A DNA stretch of 64,000 nt from contig CDMY01000656.1 of NCBI GenBank assembly GCA_001179505.1, positions 186,001-250,000 on the forward strand. Direction: 5' to 3'. The stretch is from Vitrella brassicaformis CCMP3155 (Eukaryota; Protista; Chromerida). The notes below the pieces were generated by a model. The model was not told the origin of the DNA. It made no database searches and was given only the letters and a program-made list of their open reading frames with translations. Positions 61,310-64,000 of this stretch are shown piece by piece. Position 1 is the first letter of the stretch. Each line of letters begins with the position of its first letter. The translations under genes were made by a program, and so were the position numbers.

Positions 61310-63784
61310 TGCGAAACGACGAGCTTGACCGGCTGAATCACCAGCTCGACGCCCTCCAAGGAATGGTGTTCATGCAGACAGACCAACTGGCGGTTGTCAG
61401 TGAGGAGAAAAAGTTCCATCCCCTCACCGCCCCGCTGCCGAGGCCCCTGCTGAAGGTACCGTCCCGCGAAGCTGCTGCTGCCAGAGAGGAACCCGGGAGC
61501 GTCGAAGACAAGAAGCAGCAGACACAGGTGAATCCTCCCTTGATTAATGGCAGAAGGTGTTCATTGCTGTGCATGGTTGCCTGATGCCTGCAGGTGCCGT
61601 TTCCCTTTTCGTCCTATCCCCCTTACGCATCGATTGCCCCGAGTGTGTGCAGTGGTCATTCGGAGGAGCTGGAGAAGCTGCGGCGGCTCGCTGAGGTGCA
61701 GGAGTCACAACTAAATGCACTCAGACACACACTCAGGTCAGAAAGAGAAGAGACCCATTCGACCCATGCACCTCTGTGTGTGCGTGTGCTGCGCTGCCCA
61801 GGCGTCGTGAGGCTGAGATTTCGTCAATGTACGACTCCCACCGTGCTGCTCGCGAGGACACCTCAGAGACGCAGACGCAGCAGGACAAGCGGCAAACACC
61901 TCCTGCTGCCACAACTGTCGATGAAGACACACAGAAGCAAATCGACAGCATGCAGGTGCGCCGGTCGTTCCGATCTCACTGTGTCTGCGCCCTCTGGATG
62001 TCTGGATGTCAGCATGAGATTGACAAGAGGGACCGGATCATCAGCTTTCTCCACAAAGACATGCAGGAGCTCCGATCCGCCAATGAGACACTCTCTCAGG
62101 AGATGCATGCCGCCAGACCAGCAGCGAGAGACGCCGGCGCTAAGGAGGACAACGGGAGACAGGACGGGACTGTGCCGTCTCTTGTGGTTGTGAACAACCC
62201 GCAAAATCCTGCGACGCAGGTGTGGACGGAAGAGCGTGCTGCCGATCGGTGTCTCGGTCCCTTGTCTGCTCTCTGCATGTTGTCTCTGCTCTGCTAGTGG
62301 GTGGTGGTTGATGGGGTCAACATCGATGTGGATCTCAAGGACGATACCTCAAGGGTGACCTTCCTCCTTGGCCATCTCCACCAAGCCATCGACAAATTCT
62401 GCCGCTCGCAGACCCTCATACACCAGCTGGAGGCAGCAACCGCGACGAAAGACAACGAGCTGGCAGCCACGCGGTGAGAAGGAAGAGGGCAGAGACACAT
62501 TCACGTCGAGAGAGACATGGTGTGCTGTGGTTCTGTGTGTGGACAGTAAAGCCATCAGAGAGCTGGAGGCACAGGTGGAGTCCGCAAGGAAACAGCTGGA
62601 AGACGAGCGCCTCGAGCGCACACTAGTGGTCAGCCAAGCCAACTTGCAAAAAATGCTCACCACCTCTCCCTCTCCCCTCTCCCCCTCTGTCTTTAGGACC
62701 GTGAACTGCTAGAGGCCCGGAAGCGTCTCACAGAGAGCGACAACGTGGCCTACAACAGGACCCGCGAACTCAAGCTGGAACTGGAGCGGGAGAGGCGGGG
62801 GCAGGTGCAGGAGCTGGAGAGCCTCTACGCCGCCAAGAGAGAGGAGGCCGACAGGGAGCGGGCGGCAAGGGCGGATATCGCATCCGGCCTGGAGCAGGCA
62901 CAGCTGCAGGTGAGTGACCTGAGCTCCTCACTGCAGCTCGAGAGGGCCAAGGTCAAGTCGTTGGAGGAGCAGATCGGTCGCTTGCAGTACTGGGCGGCGC
63001 ACAACAGACAGGTATCTGGCGTGCTGTGCGTGTGGTGGGACAAACGGCCCTGTGTTGTATCCCAATGGCCTGATCAGGTTTTGGCATTTGCCGGGTTCGA
63101 AGAGACGGAGTCAGCGCTCAGACACCAGCTCAGATCCACAATGGTAAGCGATGCTGAACTGCACCTTGCCCTGTCCGACCGACAAGGCTCAGACAGGCAG
63201 GCAGCCAGGCGTCCGTGTCTGATGCATCAATGCTGTGTGTTGTGTAGGCTGAGTGCGAGACCCTGAGGGACCAGCTGCAGAACAGCCGCAGGTCCCCCAT
63301 GTCGCCCGTGTCCGTGTGCTCCTCTCCAATGCCAGCAGCTGCCTCGCCCAGCAGCAGTGATGCATTACACCGGCCCTCGCCCTCCCACGCCCTCTCTCTC
63401 GCGTCGCCATACCGCGCACACGAGACACATCGACCCATCCCGTCGCTTGCCACACACGGCGCGCCCTTCCTCTACCGCACCGCCCCTCCGACGGCCTCTG
63501 CTCGTGACATCAAGGTATGTGGTGTGTGAGACACGGAGGCCAAGGAAGCTTGAAGCGTGTGGGTTGGTGGCTGTGTTGCTGCCTGCAGGCGTGGCGTGCA
63601 GAGCTTTCGACCAGTGCGGAGCCGCCTACGTTTCGAGAGGGACAGCGGGCGATGGACTATTGAATGGCTGACTCCCGCCAGTTCTGATGCCATATGCCAT
63701 GTGGTGGGAAGTGTTGGGGGAGGGGGTCTTCTGCCGGGGAGGGGGCTGTTGGCTCATTTGTTCTGCTGGAAGGGGTTGTACTGA
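61310..63784 (+). CDS. multi-exon coiled-coil hypothetical protein (ends uncertain)
   Basis: MRNDELDRLNHQLDALQG, EIDKRDRIISFLHKDMQELRSANETLSQE, AIRELEAQVESARKQLEDERLE, RTRELKLELERERRGQVQELE, separated by GT-AG introns. Confidence 0.65.
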
Positions 63785-64000
63785 CCTTCATACTGATGTC
63801 TGTGATATGATAAGTCTTTTCCGACCTGACAGCCACAAATGTTTGTATCTCTCTCACTCAACTAGTTCCTCTCTGCTCATCCTCTGCGGGAAACTCTCGC
63901 TCTCTCTCTCTGCGCCTGCTCTCTGTGTGTGTGTCGCTGAGCCCGCTTTTGCTGCTCCAAAGCGTCCGTACGCACACGCATGGAGGCAAAGATATACACA

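Overview
Gene-dense, intron-rich eukaryotic nuclear DNA. By inference it comes from a photosynthetic alveolate of the Vitrella/chromerid type: apicomplexan-type CDPK, signal+transit plastid leaders, and short GT-AG introns full of (CA)n/(GT)n/(GACA)n/(GTCT)n. About 20 spliced genes and one probable pseudogene can be reconstructed by hand. They encode two coiled-coil proteins, two F-box-like lineage-family proteins, an LRR+EF-hand protein, a UBA2-like RRM protein, a Pol eta-like Y-family polymerase, an EF-hand protein, a K+-selective CNBD-family channel, BolA, a CDPK, a ZIP transporter, an RCC1-repeat protein, an NRF-6/OACYL acyltransferase, UTP10/HEATR1, a histidine phosphatase and several hypothetical proteins. 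Most genes sit in head-to-head pairs. Main signals not explained by the gene list: (1) a sense-oriented GCTCGCA motif (extended AAGCTnnGCTCGCA) 16-70 nt upstream of seven start codons; (2) a channel gene with a CCHC zinc knuckle and a degenerate cyclic-nucleotide pocket that also has a 1-nt frameshift in S4 and an in-frame TGA in S6; (3) an inverted paralog pair 29 kb apart, one copy apparently rescued by a compensatory 29-nt duplication; (4) a 5'-AC / 3'-GT polarity in introns suggestive of structured introns. No rRNA, tRNA, CRISPR array or recognisable transposase was found. Exon boundaries were read by eye and no database searches were run.
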